A stretch of DNA of 64,000 nucleotides from Vulcanimicrobiota bacterium (lineage in GTDB: Bacteria; Vulcanimicrobiota; Vulcanimicrobiia; Eremiobacterales; Eremiobacteraceae), in assembly GCA_963812135.1 (NCBI GenBank), contig CAWETU010000001.1, positions 2,272,001-2,336,000 of the forward strand, written 5' to 3'. The notes beneath the pieces are model-generated. The model made no database searches, was not told where the DNA came from, and worked only from the letters and a program-made list of their open reading frames with translations. This document shows, in pieces, positions 10,694-21,751 of the stretch (its first letter is position 1; each line of letters starts with the position of its first letter). A program made the translations under genes and the position numbers.

Positions 10694-10845
10694 ACTTCGG
10701 GGCGCCGAGTTTGCTGCCACGCGCCCCTCAAGCATTTCGCCCGCCCACCAGGGACTTGCCCCCAACCAAGCCTGTTGTCACGCTGCGCCGAGCCGGTGTC
10801 AAGACACAACGGGAATGCGCTTGGCAACGGTGTAGGACTACGAGC

Positions 10846-11667
10846 ATGATGAAGACCGAAAAATCTCAACCTGTCGCGTTGATCTCGGGCGCGTCGTCCG
10901 GCATCGGAGCGGCGATCGCGACGGCGCTTGCCGAGCACGGCTACCGCGTGTTCGGCACGGCCCGCGATCCTGGCAAATCGCCGAAACTGCCCGGCGTCGA
11001 AATGTTAGCGCTCGACGTCCGAAACCCAACGTCGGTGCAAGACTGCGTCAGAGCCGTGCTCGAGCGCGCTGGACAGATCGACGTCCTGGTCAACAACGCA
11101 GGCGTCGCCTTCGTCGGCGCAGCCGAAGAGTGCAGCGATGCCGAGATCGCCGCTCAATTCGAGGTCAATTTCTACGGCGTCGTGCGCATGACGCGAGCCG
11201 TGCTTCCGAGCATGCGCGAGCGGCGACGCGGCCACATCATCAACATGAGTTCGCTGGCGGCGAGAACCGCCACGCCGTTCCAGGGCGTCTACCCGGCGAC
11301 GAAGGCCGCGGTCGAGGGTTATTCAGAAGCGCTGCTGCATGAAGTGTGGCCGTTCGGCATTCACGTCTCGGTCATCGAGCCTGGCTTCATCCACACCGGC
11401 CTGGCCGAGCATAGCGAGCGAGCTGCCGCGCCCATCGCGGCCTACGATCGCTGGCGCGAGGCGGCAGCTCTGTCGATCCAGCATCAGATTGATACTTCGC
11501 CGCCTCCGTCTGTGGTGGCCAAATCCGTGCTTGACGTGCTGGCGTCGAAGTCACCGCGCTTTCGCTACCCGAGTGGGAACGCTAGGTCTGTGCTTTGGGC
11601 ACGAGCGTGGGTTCCCGAGCCGCTCTTTTATAGGGTCTTCCGCCGCCGATTTGGATTGGCGACATGA
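10846..11667 (+). CDS. Short-chain dehydrogenase/reductase
   Basis: SGASSGIG, NNAG, YPATK catalytic motif, IEPG. Confidence 0.93.
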   Translation: MMKTEKSQPVALISGASSGIGAAIATALAEHGYRVFGTARDPGKSPKLPGVEMLALDVRNPTSVQDCVRAVLERAGQIDVLVNNAGVAFVGAAEECSDAEIAAQFEVNFYGVVRMTRAVLPSMRERRRGHIINMSSLAARTATPFQGVYPATKAAVEGYSEALLHEVWPFGIHVSVIEPGFIHTGLAEHSERAAAPIAAYDRWREAAALSIQHQIDTSPPPSVVAKSVLDVLASKSPRFRYPSGNARSVLWARAWVPEPLFYRVFRRRFGLAT

Positions 11668-12089
11668 CCTGCATCGAATAGCGCAACAACTCCCAACTCT
11701 TGGCCTTGGGGCGCTTGCGCCGCGGACGCGATGCTCACGAGATCCGCGCCGAAGCCGAACAGGAAACCGCAGGTGAACGCGTCGGCGACGCTGATCGCGC
11801 GGTAGCGCCCGCGGATGGCGATCATGTACAGGATCGGTGCGGCGACGATCGCGTGGGCGAGGATGAACGAGAGGACGTTGACCGTGACCTGTGTGCTGGT
11901 CTGATCCTGACCGCGCCAGCCGTACGGGTTGACGAAGATGCCGGTCACCGCGATGGCCAGCGGCCCGTAGATCATGCCGGCGGCGAGGAATCCGAGAAGG
12001 GTCCTCGTGCTCAGCGTGACGCGCAGGCCGACGATTCTGATGAAGACGTACGTCCAGGCGACGACGAGAGCAAGCCACAAAACCGACAT
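11628..12089 (-). pseudogene. Truncated duplicate of the membrane protein at 13155-14838
   Basis: First about 118 codons nearly identical to 14482-14838, then diverges and runs into the SDR stop. Confidence 0.75.
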
Positions 12090-12111
12090 GACCGACCTTC
12101 CTTAAGGAACG
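11733..12111. repeat. About 380-bp direct repeat, copy 1
   Basis: Matches 14482-14861; by eye one substitution and one 1-nt indel. Confidence 0.95.
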
Positions 12112-12117
12112 CATCGA

Positions 12118-12492
12118 TTAGAGAGCGATCAGGCGCGCGTCGTCCGCGCCGAGCGGTCTGTCGAATGGCGCCGATTTGGGCGCCTGCGGCGGGCCAGGAT
12201 CGGGTGCGCTGGTTGCGGCACCGCCGTTCGGCGGTGGTCCGCCGTTCGGCCCAGCTTCGTCGTCGTCTTCGTCGCCGAGCGGAACGCTCCCAGGTCGGGC
12301 GCGCCGAAGGATCTTGGCACCAATGAAGACGCCGGCCCCGATGGCGAGGAGCGCGGTCGCGCGGGTGGCGTTGTCCGGGATGGCCGAGCAGTCGTCGGGG
12401 CTGGCGCAATCGCCCGCGCGCGCGGGAGCGTAGAACAGCGTTATGGCGGCAAGGCAGCCTGCGATCGCGAGGACAGGGCGCATCACGCGCAT
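12118..12492 (-). CDS. Small secreted/membrane-anchored protein
   Basis: Signal peptide, CASPDDC motif, TM helix and Pro-rich tail. Confidence 0.6.
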   Translation of the reverse strand: MRVMRPVLAIAGCLAAITLFYAPARAGDCASPDDCSAIPDNATRATALLAIGAGVFIGAKILRRARPGSVPLGDEDDDEAGPNGGPPPNGGAATSAPDPGPPQAPKSAPFDRPLGADDARLIAL

Positions 12493-12511
12493 CTTCGACG
12501 CTCCTTCTGAT

Positions 12512-13147
12512 TCACAACGGCCGGGCGTAGCGCTGGCAGATGATGCCAAGCACGGCGCCGTAGAACAGATGCCCGATCATGCTGATGAGCACGAAACCGA
12601 CGGGGTTGTTGATCTTGATGAACAGCGGGAACAGGCCGAGCATGCACAATTCCATGAAGACGCCGTAGCCGACGCCGAACCACCACGAGCGGTTGCCGAA
12701 CAGCAAGACGTACATGATCGCGAACGACAGCCCGTTCCAATAGTGATAGAGCCAACCGGCAAGCACCGCGAGCGGTGTGCCGATCGGCAAGCCCGTGATC
12801 CATGACCCGAACATCAGAATGGGCACGAATCCGTTGTAGCCGAACGGATGCGAGCTCTGGATGATGAGGCGCACGCCATCGTAGACGACCGTCGCCGCGA
12901 GGCCCGCCACGCAACCGACCGCAAGCGCGTTGGTGAACCAGGTCGCCGAGAGCCTGCGCGCCAGCACCGCGAGCGCGACCAACGCGAGCAGCGTCGGCAC
13001 CGCGAAGAACTGCAGCGTGAAGTTCATCGGCACGTGCAACACGACGTGGCCGACCAGCGCGGCCAGCGACATGCTCGCGAAGATCCAGGCGGCGATGCGC
13101 ACGGGCCAGCGGCCGCCGGCTTCGAATGCGTCGAGACGCGGCGTCAC
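12512..13147 (-). CDS. Multi-pass membrane protein
   Basis: About six hydrophobic helices with conserved-looking His residues (GWLYHYWNG, IGHLFYG). Confidence 0.75.
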   Translation of the reverse strand: MTPRLDAFEAGGRWPVRIAAWIFASMSLAALVGHVVLHVPMNFTLQFFAVPTLLALVALAVLARRLSATWFTNALAVGCVAGLAATVVYDGVRLIIQSSHPFGYNGFVPILMFGSWITGLPIGTPLAVLAGWLYHYWNGLSFAIMYVLLFGNRSWWFGVGYGVFMELCMLGLFPLFIKINNPVGFVLISMIGHLFYGAVLGIICQRYARPL

Positions 13148-13154
13148 GCACGTG

Positions 13155-14838
13155 TCACTGCGGAGCGGCCGGGAACATGCGGCGCGCGAGCAGGCGCAAG
13201 ACATAGACGAGCACGGCGATGGCGATGAGCAGCACGAACACCGCCACGCTGGCCAGAATGTCGAGCAGGTTCTGCACGTTGAAGCCGAGTGCGGGGAACC
13301 ATGCCGCGGCGACGTGGGCGTGCAGATTCGCGCGCAGCCAGTCGAAGAACGCAGCGCCCAGCATGACGGCAAAGGCGGCCAGCCCGACGATGAAGAGGTT
13401 GGTCTTGACGCGTGCGACCGGCCCGAGGAATGGCTGCGGTGTTTCGCCCGGCCGTGGCGGTGCCGGCGTGGTCGCAGCGCATCCGAGCAGCGCGAAGACG
13501 AGGACGAAACTCGCGACGTCGAGCGCGATCGGCGCGAGCAGGCCGCTAGTGAGCGTGCTCATGCGCGCGTCGACGCCGAAGACCAGCACGAGCAGCGCGA
13601 TGCCAAGCCCGACTTGCAGGGCGAGGGTCGTATCCGATCCGTTCAGACCAGCATCGGTGGTACGTGCGGCCGCCGGGCTGCCGGCGCGCATGACGAAGCG
13701 CCACGCCACGACGAGCAGCAGCGCGAATTCGGCAAGCGTGATGCCGTTGAGCCCCGCGGGCACCGACTGCAAGCCGGGCAGCGTGATGATAACGGCGCGC
13801 AGCGCCGGTATCTTCGGCAGGATGATGACGACGATGACCGCGAGCGCCCACCACGCGATCACCGGCAGTCCAGCCCGCGAGGGCAGTACGCCAGGTCGCG
13901 ACGGCCGGGTCGGACTGCGACGGGCGCAGACGGGGATGGCGACTGCGGCAGGCGGCGCGTTGGCGCCCGATGTCGCCATCTCGGCGCGCGGAGCAGCGCG
14001 CGCCGTTTGTCGCGGAACTCCGCGCCAAGGCGGGCGAAATCGTCGAACTTGCGTTGCACGAGCGCATCTCCCAGCGCCGAGCAGCTCGACAAAGGGCGAC
14101 GAAATGTCTGCGCTCGCCTCAAGTTTCGCGCTGGCGCCGGATCCAGCCGGTCTCCGCCCACTGCAGCGCGATCAATGCGAGCAGGGCGACCCATGCGGTC
14201 GCAGCGCCGTGGAAGACCAGCGCGCTGAAGCGCGTCGCGGTATCGGACTGCGACACGAGCATGGCGTGTTCGAAGGACCACCACAAGACGGCGGCCGCGG
14301 CTGCCAGATATGCAAGCGGCAGCTGGCGCGAAAAGCGCGCGACGGCGACGAAGAGCATCGCCGTGAGGCCGGTCCAATACGCATAGCCGGCCAGCGTCAC
14401 GCCGGCTGACGACACGACGAACGGCGGCACGATCGAAAAACCCGTTGGGATATCGCTCGATTGCGCGACGGTGAGCGCGACGCTCACGAGATCCGCGCCG
14501 AAGCCGAACAGGAAACCGCAGGTGAACGCGTCGGCGACGCTGATCGCGCGGTAGCGCCCGCGGATGGCGATCATGTACAGGATCGGTGCGGCGACGATCG
14601 CGTGGGCGAGGATGAACGAGAGGACGTTGACCGTGACCTGTGTGCTGGCCTGATCCTGACCGCGCCAGCCGTACGGGTTGACGAAGATGCCGGTCACCGC
14701 GATGGCCAGCGGCCCGTAGATCATGCCGGCGGCGAGGAATCCGAGAAGGGTCCTCGTGCTCAGCGTGACGCGCAGGCCGACGATTCTGATGAAGACGTAC
14801 GTCCAGGCGACGACGAGAGCAAGCCACAAAACCGACAT
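13155..14838 (-). CDS. Large multi-pass membrane protein, frameshifted
   Basis: Stitched from ORFs 14119-15054 and 13155-13979; many TM helices; RBS AGGAAGG. Confidence 0.7.
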
Positions 14839-14861
14839 GACCGACCTTCCTTTAAGGAACG
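14482..14861. repeat. About 380-bp direct repeat, copy 2
   Basis: Matches 11733-12111. Confidence 0.95.
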
Positions 14862-15065
14862 TCGCGAGCGGGCGATTTGCTGTCGGGAGCGGGGTTCGGT
14901 CTGTTTCGCCTGCATTCCGCCCGGGTGTGTCGGCCCGGGCTATTCCTTTGGCTTTTGCGCGCTTTCGACGCTGTTGATCCGCGCACGCACCCATTAAAAA
15001 GGGCACTGCGTTCTCTCGCTCAGTTCGAACGCGGCGCACGACCGCTGACGCCAATTAGCCGCTGA

Positions 15066-15259
15066 GTCGATCCAGCACCGATCGACACGCCCCCTGCGCC
15101 TTCCGTAGTGGCCGTGTCAGTCCTCGACGCGCTGCGGTCCAGATCACGGCACTTTCGTTACCCGGCGGGAGCGCGTGGCTGGTGCTTTGGGCGCGAGCGT
15201 GGGTTCCCGAGCCGCTCTGCTGTCGGGTCTTCCGACGCCGATTCAACCTTGCCACATGA
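15066..15259 (+). pseudogene. Diverged 3'-end remnant of the SDR gene
   Basis: Colinear with 11472-11667; shared core GTGCTTTGGGCRCGAGCGTGGGTTCCCGAGCCGCTCT and the same ACATGA stop. Confidence 0.85.
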
Positions 15260-15348
15260 GCGGGTATGAGGAATGAGCCTGGTCTAGCTATTGGCAAACT
15301 CGAAACATGAGGATGAGAGCCGTGCACGCGCCTCAAGCTGCCCGTAGG

Positions 15349-16059
15349 TTATGAACAGAGGGTATTCCAAAACGATACCCCGCACGTTCTCGCTAAGGTT
15401 GAATACATAGCATGATCAAGCCAGATTGAGACCCTCTCTATTTTCTTGGAATATGCAATGACGTCGCTCTTGGTCAACGGGTCTGCCCGCTTATGGGTCA
15501 CGGCAGCCCGCGTATCAGATATCGAGCGCATAAATAACTCGCTGTTGAACTGCAATTTTTGGTCGAGAAACTGCTTTAGGTCATTAAACCCGATCCTCAC
15601 AAAAAGTGCCTTTAGATTATCAAGGCTGGGATACTTTCGTTTCCCGATGACCACTTCAGAATCGATGTGCGGTGGTAGCTGCGCGTTATCGTCAAGAAGA
15701 GTTCTATCAAGCCTCCGGATACCAGCTGCCTCGACAAGCTTTCTCTCGTTCAAAGAATAGGCGTAATGACGATAAGCCTCCAGATTCTGTTGATGAAACA
15801 ACCAGCTGCGGGTCTGGTCCGATACTGAGGATACCGTAAGGGCTTGAGTTATCATCTCACGGACCCAGTCAGACACTAGCGACGTGACGTATTCTTCGAG
15901 CGCAGAGTGCATTTGAACGACAACGCCTTGTAGCGCGGCTTGACGGATCTGGCTCTCTGAAGACAGCCTCAAGGTTTTAGTAGCCGCTTTAGCGACAACC
16001 GTTAGCGCACTCAAGCGATCTTGACATTCTCGCCTGGCCCGACTCATTTTGTAACTCAA
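15349..16059 (-). CDS. HEPN-domain nuclease (RiboL-PSP/MAE_28990-like)
   Basis: VVQMHSALEEYV helix, YPSLDNLKALF, and Rx4H motif RAAVTH. Confidence 0.7.
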   Translation of the reverse strand: MSYKMSRARRECQDRLSALTVVAKAATKTLRLSSESQIRQAALQGVVVQMHSALEEYVTSLVSDWVREMITQALTVSSVSDQTRSWLFHQQNLEAYRHYAYSLNERKLVEAAGIRRLDRTLLDDNAQLPPHIDSEVVIGKRKYPSLDNLKALFVRIGFNDLKQFLDQKLQFNSELFMRSISDTRAAVTHKRADPLTKSDVIAYSKKIERVSIWLDHAMYSTLARTCGVSFWNTLCS

Positions 16060-16073
16060 TATCGTCGATGCAC

Positions 16074-17188
16074 TTAGAGGGTTTCCAGAAATTGGCGAAA
16101 CCGATCTATTCGGCCACGGACTGCTTTCTCATCACTCGTCGCTCTCGAAATAAAACTCTTAAAGTCAGCATCAGCCGTCAGTAGTCTCCGCAACTTCTGC
16201 TGGAACTGATTAGGATCGTAGCTGCGCAGTCTTTCCCGGTCATTGTACAGGGCGATACCTACCATCTCCGCGTCGAAGAGAGCGGAATTGATTATCTTGC
16301 TGATATGGCCTAGACTGTCTATCGTTCTGAAGGCTAATGGTCCGAACAGGCTCGCACATATCTCAGCTACGTCTAGGAGTTCAGATACTCCATTGCCCTA
16401 GAAGGTTTTCAGTCGATTGATCGATGTCGTAAGACAAAATCGTTCAAAAAAACGTCGAGGGGTTTCTTATACAATTGCGCCTCGTAACGAAAAGCCCAGA
16501 ATCGCAGCACGGCTCCGAGGATCTCGTCCGATGATATCGGCCTTGTTTCGCAATGTGACGCCAATGGGTCGACGCTGCCAATCTTATCAACTTCGCGGAT
16601 CAACCTGCCGTAGTAGATTCCGTGTCGAAGCTCTTGCGCGGTGAGTTGCGCGGCGCCACTGTTTATTCGCTCGAATACATCAAACTTTATCTGCGGATGC
16701 GTTTCCTTCTTGATCGAGATAAAGCGTAGAGGTCTAGTAAGGATTTGTCGCTGGAATCGCGCATCCAAGTACAAACTTATTACCATTTAGGTCGGGATAA
16801 GTACGCAAACGTTCAAGCGCAAATTGGTTTTTGACAAACTTGTATATGCTAAGCAGCCTCTGATTGCCATCGATGACCGTGAGCTTGTTGTCTTGTTCCT
16901 CGTTCAGATATATTGCCGGAATAGGGCACTGGATCACAAGAGATTCGATGAGTCTCGATGCCTGCTCAACGGTCCATACGTAGCGGCGCTGGAAAGAAGG
17001 AACGTAGATATCACCGCGGTCGAGCGCTTCTACAATTGTGCTGACCGTAAAGTCAAAGGAATCGGTTACTAGCCTACGCTGATCCTTGGGAACATCAGTT
17101 CTTCAGGCTCGACATCTTTTGAGGATTCGGGGAAGAGCAAATCCGCCAGGTAAGCTTGGTTCCGACGTTCCTCTGTTTCCGCAGACAT
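16074..17188 (-). CDS. DUF262 (GmrSD N-terminal/ParB-Srx) protein, frameshifted
   Basis: PSFQRRYVW, LIESL...PIPAIYL, VIDGNQRL, VFERINSG...LTAQELR. Confidence 0.9.
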
Positions 17189-17273
17189 GACACCAACCTT
17201 TAAATGACATCTCGTTATGGGGCCGCGTGGTTACACTTCCGTCCTTCGAGCCTTCTCGTCCGCAATCAACCCG

Positions 17274-17301
17274 CGCGTAAGAGTGGCGCATCTCTTACGC
17301 G
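17274..17301. terminator. Stem-loop between the DUF3883 and DUF262 genes
   Basis: CGCGTAAGAG-N8-CTCTTACGCG, 10-bp stem; no clear U-tract. Confidence 0.45.
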
Positions 17302-17308
17302 GCCTTGG

Positions 17309-18151
17309 TTAAGTGCAGAACGACGAGAATCGCACGCGTGTAGACTCCCGGCTCCGTCTCCTTGATCGACCGGAATATGTTCCGCCAAAGCGCTAGGGCT
17401 CACAATCTTGGGAGTTGGTTTCGGACTCTCATCCAATATCCACAGGTAGATTGCGTAATTTGAAACGCTCAGCGCTGTTTCCCACTCGTGGCGCGTAAGC
17501 CAGAAGCGCGCTGAGTCCTCCAGGGTCGTAGTGGTCTTTACTTCAATGCAAAAGAAAGCATTGTCGTTAGCGGACTTTACTGAGGCGACGTCATATCCCG
17601 CGAGGTTTGTTTCGAGACCGATCCCACCTGGGATCATATCCCGTACGATCGCGTTCGTATTCAATGGTTAGTCTCTCACCCGCACGACCGATGCTAGTGA
17701 GATAAGTGTCGCGCAACCCGCGGACGCTGTTTCCCATTCTATCCCACCACTCGACGGTCTCCGCATCGTAGTTGTCGACGGATCCGCGTCCTTCAGGCAC
17801 TGCTTGACATCGGTCCCGATATAGTCCACCGTCTCTTTGCGCCCGCGAGGAATGAGTTGAGTCCACGGTGGCCGCTCCAGCTCAATTAGGTCGGTCAACT
17901 GCGCTCGGAGGGCACTTTGGGGATGGGGCTCCATCGAAATCCTTCGATCCCTTTCGGTAATTACAAGTCTTCCTTCCGCATCAAGTTTCACCCACTGGCC
18001 CCGTTGTGCAGCGTCAAGTATATGGGTTGATTTTGCGACCGCAAATCGGCTAAAGTGCTGCTCGAAATCGGCGGATTTGAGGTCGTTCCTGCTGATGAAA
18101 CCTAGAAGCTCCTGTACAGAGTAAAGTACACCAGACAGAGAAGGGATTCAC
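17309..18151 (-). CDS. DUF3883 (NOV_C) PD-(D/E)xK nuclease-domain protein, frameshifted
   Basis: IGRAGERLTIEYE...AGYDVAS...CIEVKTT...FWLTRHEWETA; GTG start overlaps the SNF2 TGA. Confidence 0.8.
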
Positions 18152-19929
18152 GCTGACTTCAAGTCACTCAATACGGCTTGGGCATCGTCGGGGGAAAAAT
18201 CGTCGGAATCAATGTCGACTAGTTCTGCGTCGATTTGGAGAGATCGATCGTTCAGAATGGACGCCATTTTGTCGACCTTCATGCGCAGGCGCCGATCGAC
18301 ATTCTGGTCGATCGAGTTCTCGCATTCTAGTATCTCGACTTCAGTGACAGCACCTAGGGGTAAACCGATGCGATGTATCCGGTGCTCGGATTGAAGATAT
18401 TGTGCCGCGTTATAACTTCGGTCAACATAAATTGCGTTATGGCAGACGGTATGCAGACTGATACTTTCACTCGCGGCCGCCGGATTAGCGACAAGAACGA
18501 ATGCCCGGCTGTCGTCGTGGAAACGCTTGATCTTGCGCTCCCGCGTGTTCTCGTCTTCCTCGCTCCCAGCATCGACCCCGCCATGGATGTAGTCGGCGCC
18601 TAGATCGCTAAGCCTTTGCGACAGCAATTCGACGTTTCCAACGAACCCTGACCAGATAATCGACTTCTTCCCCAAGCGGGCAAGTTCGCGGGCACGTTTA
18701 CAGGCAAAGGCGATCTTGGGGCTATCGCCCTCCTTTAGCGCGTTTGACAGTACATTCGATGTGGGTAGGTTCAGCTCACTGGAGAGCAGAGCTGGATTCG
18801 ATACTACTTGGAGCAGCTTCATGACGTGGCGCCCCAACGACCTCAGTGCGGTTCGATCCGGTGATGCGAGAAATCGTTCCCCTTGTCGGACCGCTTCAGT
18901 GCGCATTAGCTCATAGAGATGCCGCTGCTCTGGGTTCATCGACATTTGCCGAATAGTTCGGATTGGATCCGGAAGGTTGAGCTCAGCAAGAGTGGTGCGA
19001 ACGTACAGTGGCTGTATCAACTCTGTGACGTTTGCCTCATCAATTCTCGCCTCTGGATACAAAAAACTCAGCTGAGGGACCAAGTCCCCAACGGAATTCG
19101 GCAGAGGCGTCCCTGTCATGATCAACTTAGCCGAAGGCAAATGGCTTAAGTTCAGGACGACACTAGCGGTCTTTCCATCCAAACCTCGTTTAATTCGATG
19201 ACTCTCGTCGAGAAACATGAACGTAGGGTGCTCGTCCATGAATTCCGCAACATTTTCCCACACATTTTCACGTGCTAGTTGCTGGTACGTTATCAACATT
19301 ACATCTGGCTCGAGTTTAATTAGGCTCCGAATCGCTCTATGACCCTCTGTTAGCCTCGTTACGCGAGGTCCCTTGCCAAGGCATATTTCAATCTGCTCTT
19401 CCCAAACAGCAAATGCGTTCTTTGGGGCCACAACTAGAAGGCGAGAGTTTGGTGCGCGCTTGATTGAATAATATGCCAACGCTTCGGTCGTTTTTCCCGC
19501 GCCAGGAACAGAGAATGTGGCGCCAGCACTCAGTGAAGCTAACCGCGCCACATTACGCGCCTGATAGTCCTTAAGCTCCCGACGGAAGTTGCAGCGGCGA
19601 AGCATGGCTTCAAGTTCTGCCGGATCGACGGGTGCTGTGGCTCTGGCTTTGGTTAGTGAGCCCTCGCGTTCAAGCGCCGTCCGCAGCCTATCGCCGGTTT
19701 CGTCATCGACGTCGAGCGAGAGGTTGTGAACTTGTAAAATCCCACGAAGTTTGCCTCTGCAGGAGAGAAAGGACCACCAAGGCATTGACAACCGGGTATC
19801 AGACTCGGCGACGCACTCGTCCGAATGATCACGACGGTCCCGCCAAATGTCAAGCCATACTGACGTCGGGGAATCGAGGTATAGGACGGCGCGGCGGTGC
19901 TTGCTATCGTAACGTAAGTGGAGTTGCAC
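18148..19929 (-). CDS. SNF2-family (SF2) helicase/ATPase
   Basis: LKDYQ, FSVPGAGKT, DESHRIK, TGTP, ESISLH, QSEHRIHRIG. Confidence 0.92.
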   Translation of the reverse strand: MQLHLRYDSKHRRAVLYLDSPTSVWLDIWRDRRDHSDECVAESDTRLSMPWWSFLSCRGKLRGILQVHNLSLDVDDETGDRLRTALEREGSLTKARATAPVDPAELEAMLRRCNFRRELKDYQARNVARLASLSAGATFSVPGAGKTTEALAYYSIKRAPNSRLLVVAPKNAFAVWEEQIEICLGKGPRVTRLTEGHRAIRSLIKLEPDVMLITYQQLARENVWENVAEFMDEHPTFMFLDESHRIKRGLDGKTASVVLNLSHLPSAKLIMTGTPLPNSVGDLVPQLSFLYPEARIDEANVTELIQPLYVRTTLAELNLPDPIRTIRQMSMNPEQRHLYELMRTEAVRQGERFLASPDRTALRSLGRHVMKLLQVVSNPALLSSELNLPTSNVLSNALKEGDSPKIAFACKRARELARLGKKSIIWSGFVGNVELLSQRLSDLGADYIHGGVDAGSEEDENTRERKIKRFHDDSRAFVLVANPAAASESISLHTVCHNAIYVDRSYNAAQYLQSEHRIHRIGLPLGAVTEVEILECENSIDQNVDRRLRMKVDKMASILNDRSLQIDAELVDIDSDDFSPDDAQAVLSDLKSA

Positions 19930-21171
19930 TACTTGGCCCAGTCTCGCAATCGCACAGCATTCCGATCAATCTCATCGAGCTGGTCTCTGACGCCTAGTTT
20001 CTCGGAACCGTCTGTAATGCCGCCGACGGCCGCTGCCAACGATGCGTTGGCCCGCTTTATCTGAGTGAGCACGAAGTCGCTGCGTTTCTTATCCTTTTCC
20101 AAACCCTTTCGGGTAGCGATCGTTTCGCGAACCAAAGAACGTATCTCGTCCTTGCGTTCCTCTGGGTAGCTATCAAGATTTCCAACGTAAATTGGTGCTT
20201 CAGCTTCACCCAACAGCTCGCCACCGGAACCCTTGTCTACTCCTTTGTCGTCCTTTTGCGTCAAGTCCGGTGCAACCGCATCACTTACTGGAGCGATGTA
20301 CTTCGCGACGTCGGCCACGTCTTGGTACACGCGGCCACCTTCTGGTTTGTCTATGAGCAGATAGGCTAATTCTTTGTAAAGAGATACGTTAGAAACAGGC
20401 ACCTTCTTTCGGTTTGCGCCGATCTGTCGAAATGCAAATTCGTCGTCGTCTACGGTACCGTACTGTTCGGTCTTACCGCGGTTCTTTAGATACTCTTCGG
20501 CGTAGCCGAGCATATCTAGGTACTCGCGTATCTCCGCCTCCTTGCGATTGTAGAGCGCGGCCAGTTTTTTATCATCAAACTTGTGCTCCTGTTGTCGTTC
20601 TCTCAACATGATTGCAAAAGATGTCCATGAATAGTCAGCCCGTATGTCTCGATCGATTTGTAGGCGCGCCTCGAGCTCGTCCAGCGACCGCTCATCGCAC
20701 GGAGGCAAGAGGACCGCTTGCACGTTGGCAAAGTTGGCGAAGGTATTTGGATCCTTTTCATGAGCTCGCGCATCGCGCAAAGACGCCTGTTGCCGTTGAG
20801 CACAAACCCATCGCAGGAGAGGATCAGGGGCTGCTCTTGCTTGTTCTTGCTAAAAAACTCCCGCAGACCTCGAGCCTTTGTCTAGGAGCCCATCCAATAT
20901 CTTATGCTGTACAGCCTGGGCACTTTCTGACTCCAAGTCTTTTGAAAAGAAGTCTTTCGGCAGGTCCTGATGAGTTGCGAGATATTCGCGCTGTGGCGCG
21001 CGCGTTCGGCCATTGGATAACCGATATTTCGGCATGTCAATGGGAACTGAGTAGATCGAGGAGATGCTGCAATTGGCCCTGAAAACTTACAGGGAAAGTT
21101 GGGCCGGGAGCGCTGCTCTTCAATTCGTCTAGCAAGTGCCGCCGTCGCGGCAGCGCCCATCCTAATGTCAT
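19929..21171 (-). CDS. ParB/Srx-like protein, frameshifted
   Basis: PKYRLSNGRT, QEQPLILSCDGFVLNGNRRLCAMREL (ParB-like GxRR); ATG overlaps the REase TGA. Confidence 0.75.
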
Positions 21172-21637
21172 TTCTTGGCCTCCACACCCAGAACCAACAG
21201 TGGTAGTGTCACAATTTCGCGGAATAGGTCTAGTTCGCTAACAAGTCGTTCGTATTGCGCTAGGTTCTTGCCCAGTCGAACGGCCGTCCGTCTCTTCATA
21301 ACAAGAAATATGGCACCCCGCATCCCGCGTCGAAGATAGCAATATTGAAGCTTGAGTAGATCGGCATAGAGGCGGCTCATATTCCCCATTTGACGCATAG
21401 CCCGATGGAGTCCTTGAGGCTCGGAATCGTAACTTGCGAAATGGGATCAACTCGGACGCGGCTCGGCCAACCTCTGCGGTACAGCGCTGATAGTATTCCA
21501 CTTCTTAGCAATGGCGGCGTCAGCTCCCGGTCGGCCAGCGTCAGTGACTCCACGGCTTGAACAACCTCAACGACCAGACTTTGTGGGATAGCTTCAACCC
21601 CACCGCTGTGACTATGTGTGTCCAGTGTAAAATTCAT
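21168..21637 (-). CDS. BglII/BstYI-family type II restriction endonuclease-like protein, frameshifted
   Basis: IGLCV/QMGNMSRLYADLLKLQ matches the BglII-family Q-x-GN...YxDLxK region; about 156 aa; adjacent to the N4C MTase. Confidence 0.7.
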
Positions 21638-21751
21638 TCGGTTGCTTGTTCAAGCTAACAAACGCTAGACTGGGCGCTAAACCAGACTGTTACTATGCGT
21701 TAACCCCGGGGCAATCAAAATGGCCCTTAAGGAGTATATCGGCCCTTCTGA

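Noticed and set aside
10603..10720. tracrRNA or omegaRNA (AAGGCTA plus hairpins)
   Set aside because: No Cas9, TnpB or IscB nearby; the segment is better explained as the promoter spacer.
12930..14409. Long plus-strand ORFs (432 and 396 aa) and similar antisense ORFs elsewhere
   Set aside because: GC-rich shadow frames opposite genes with recognisable features.
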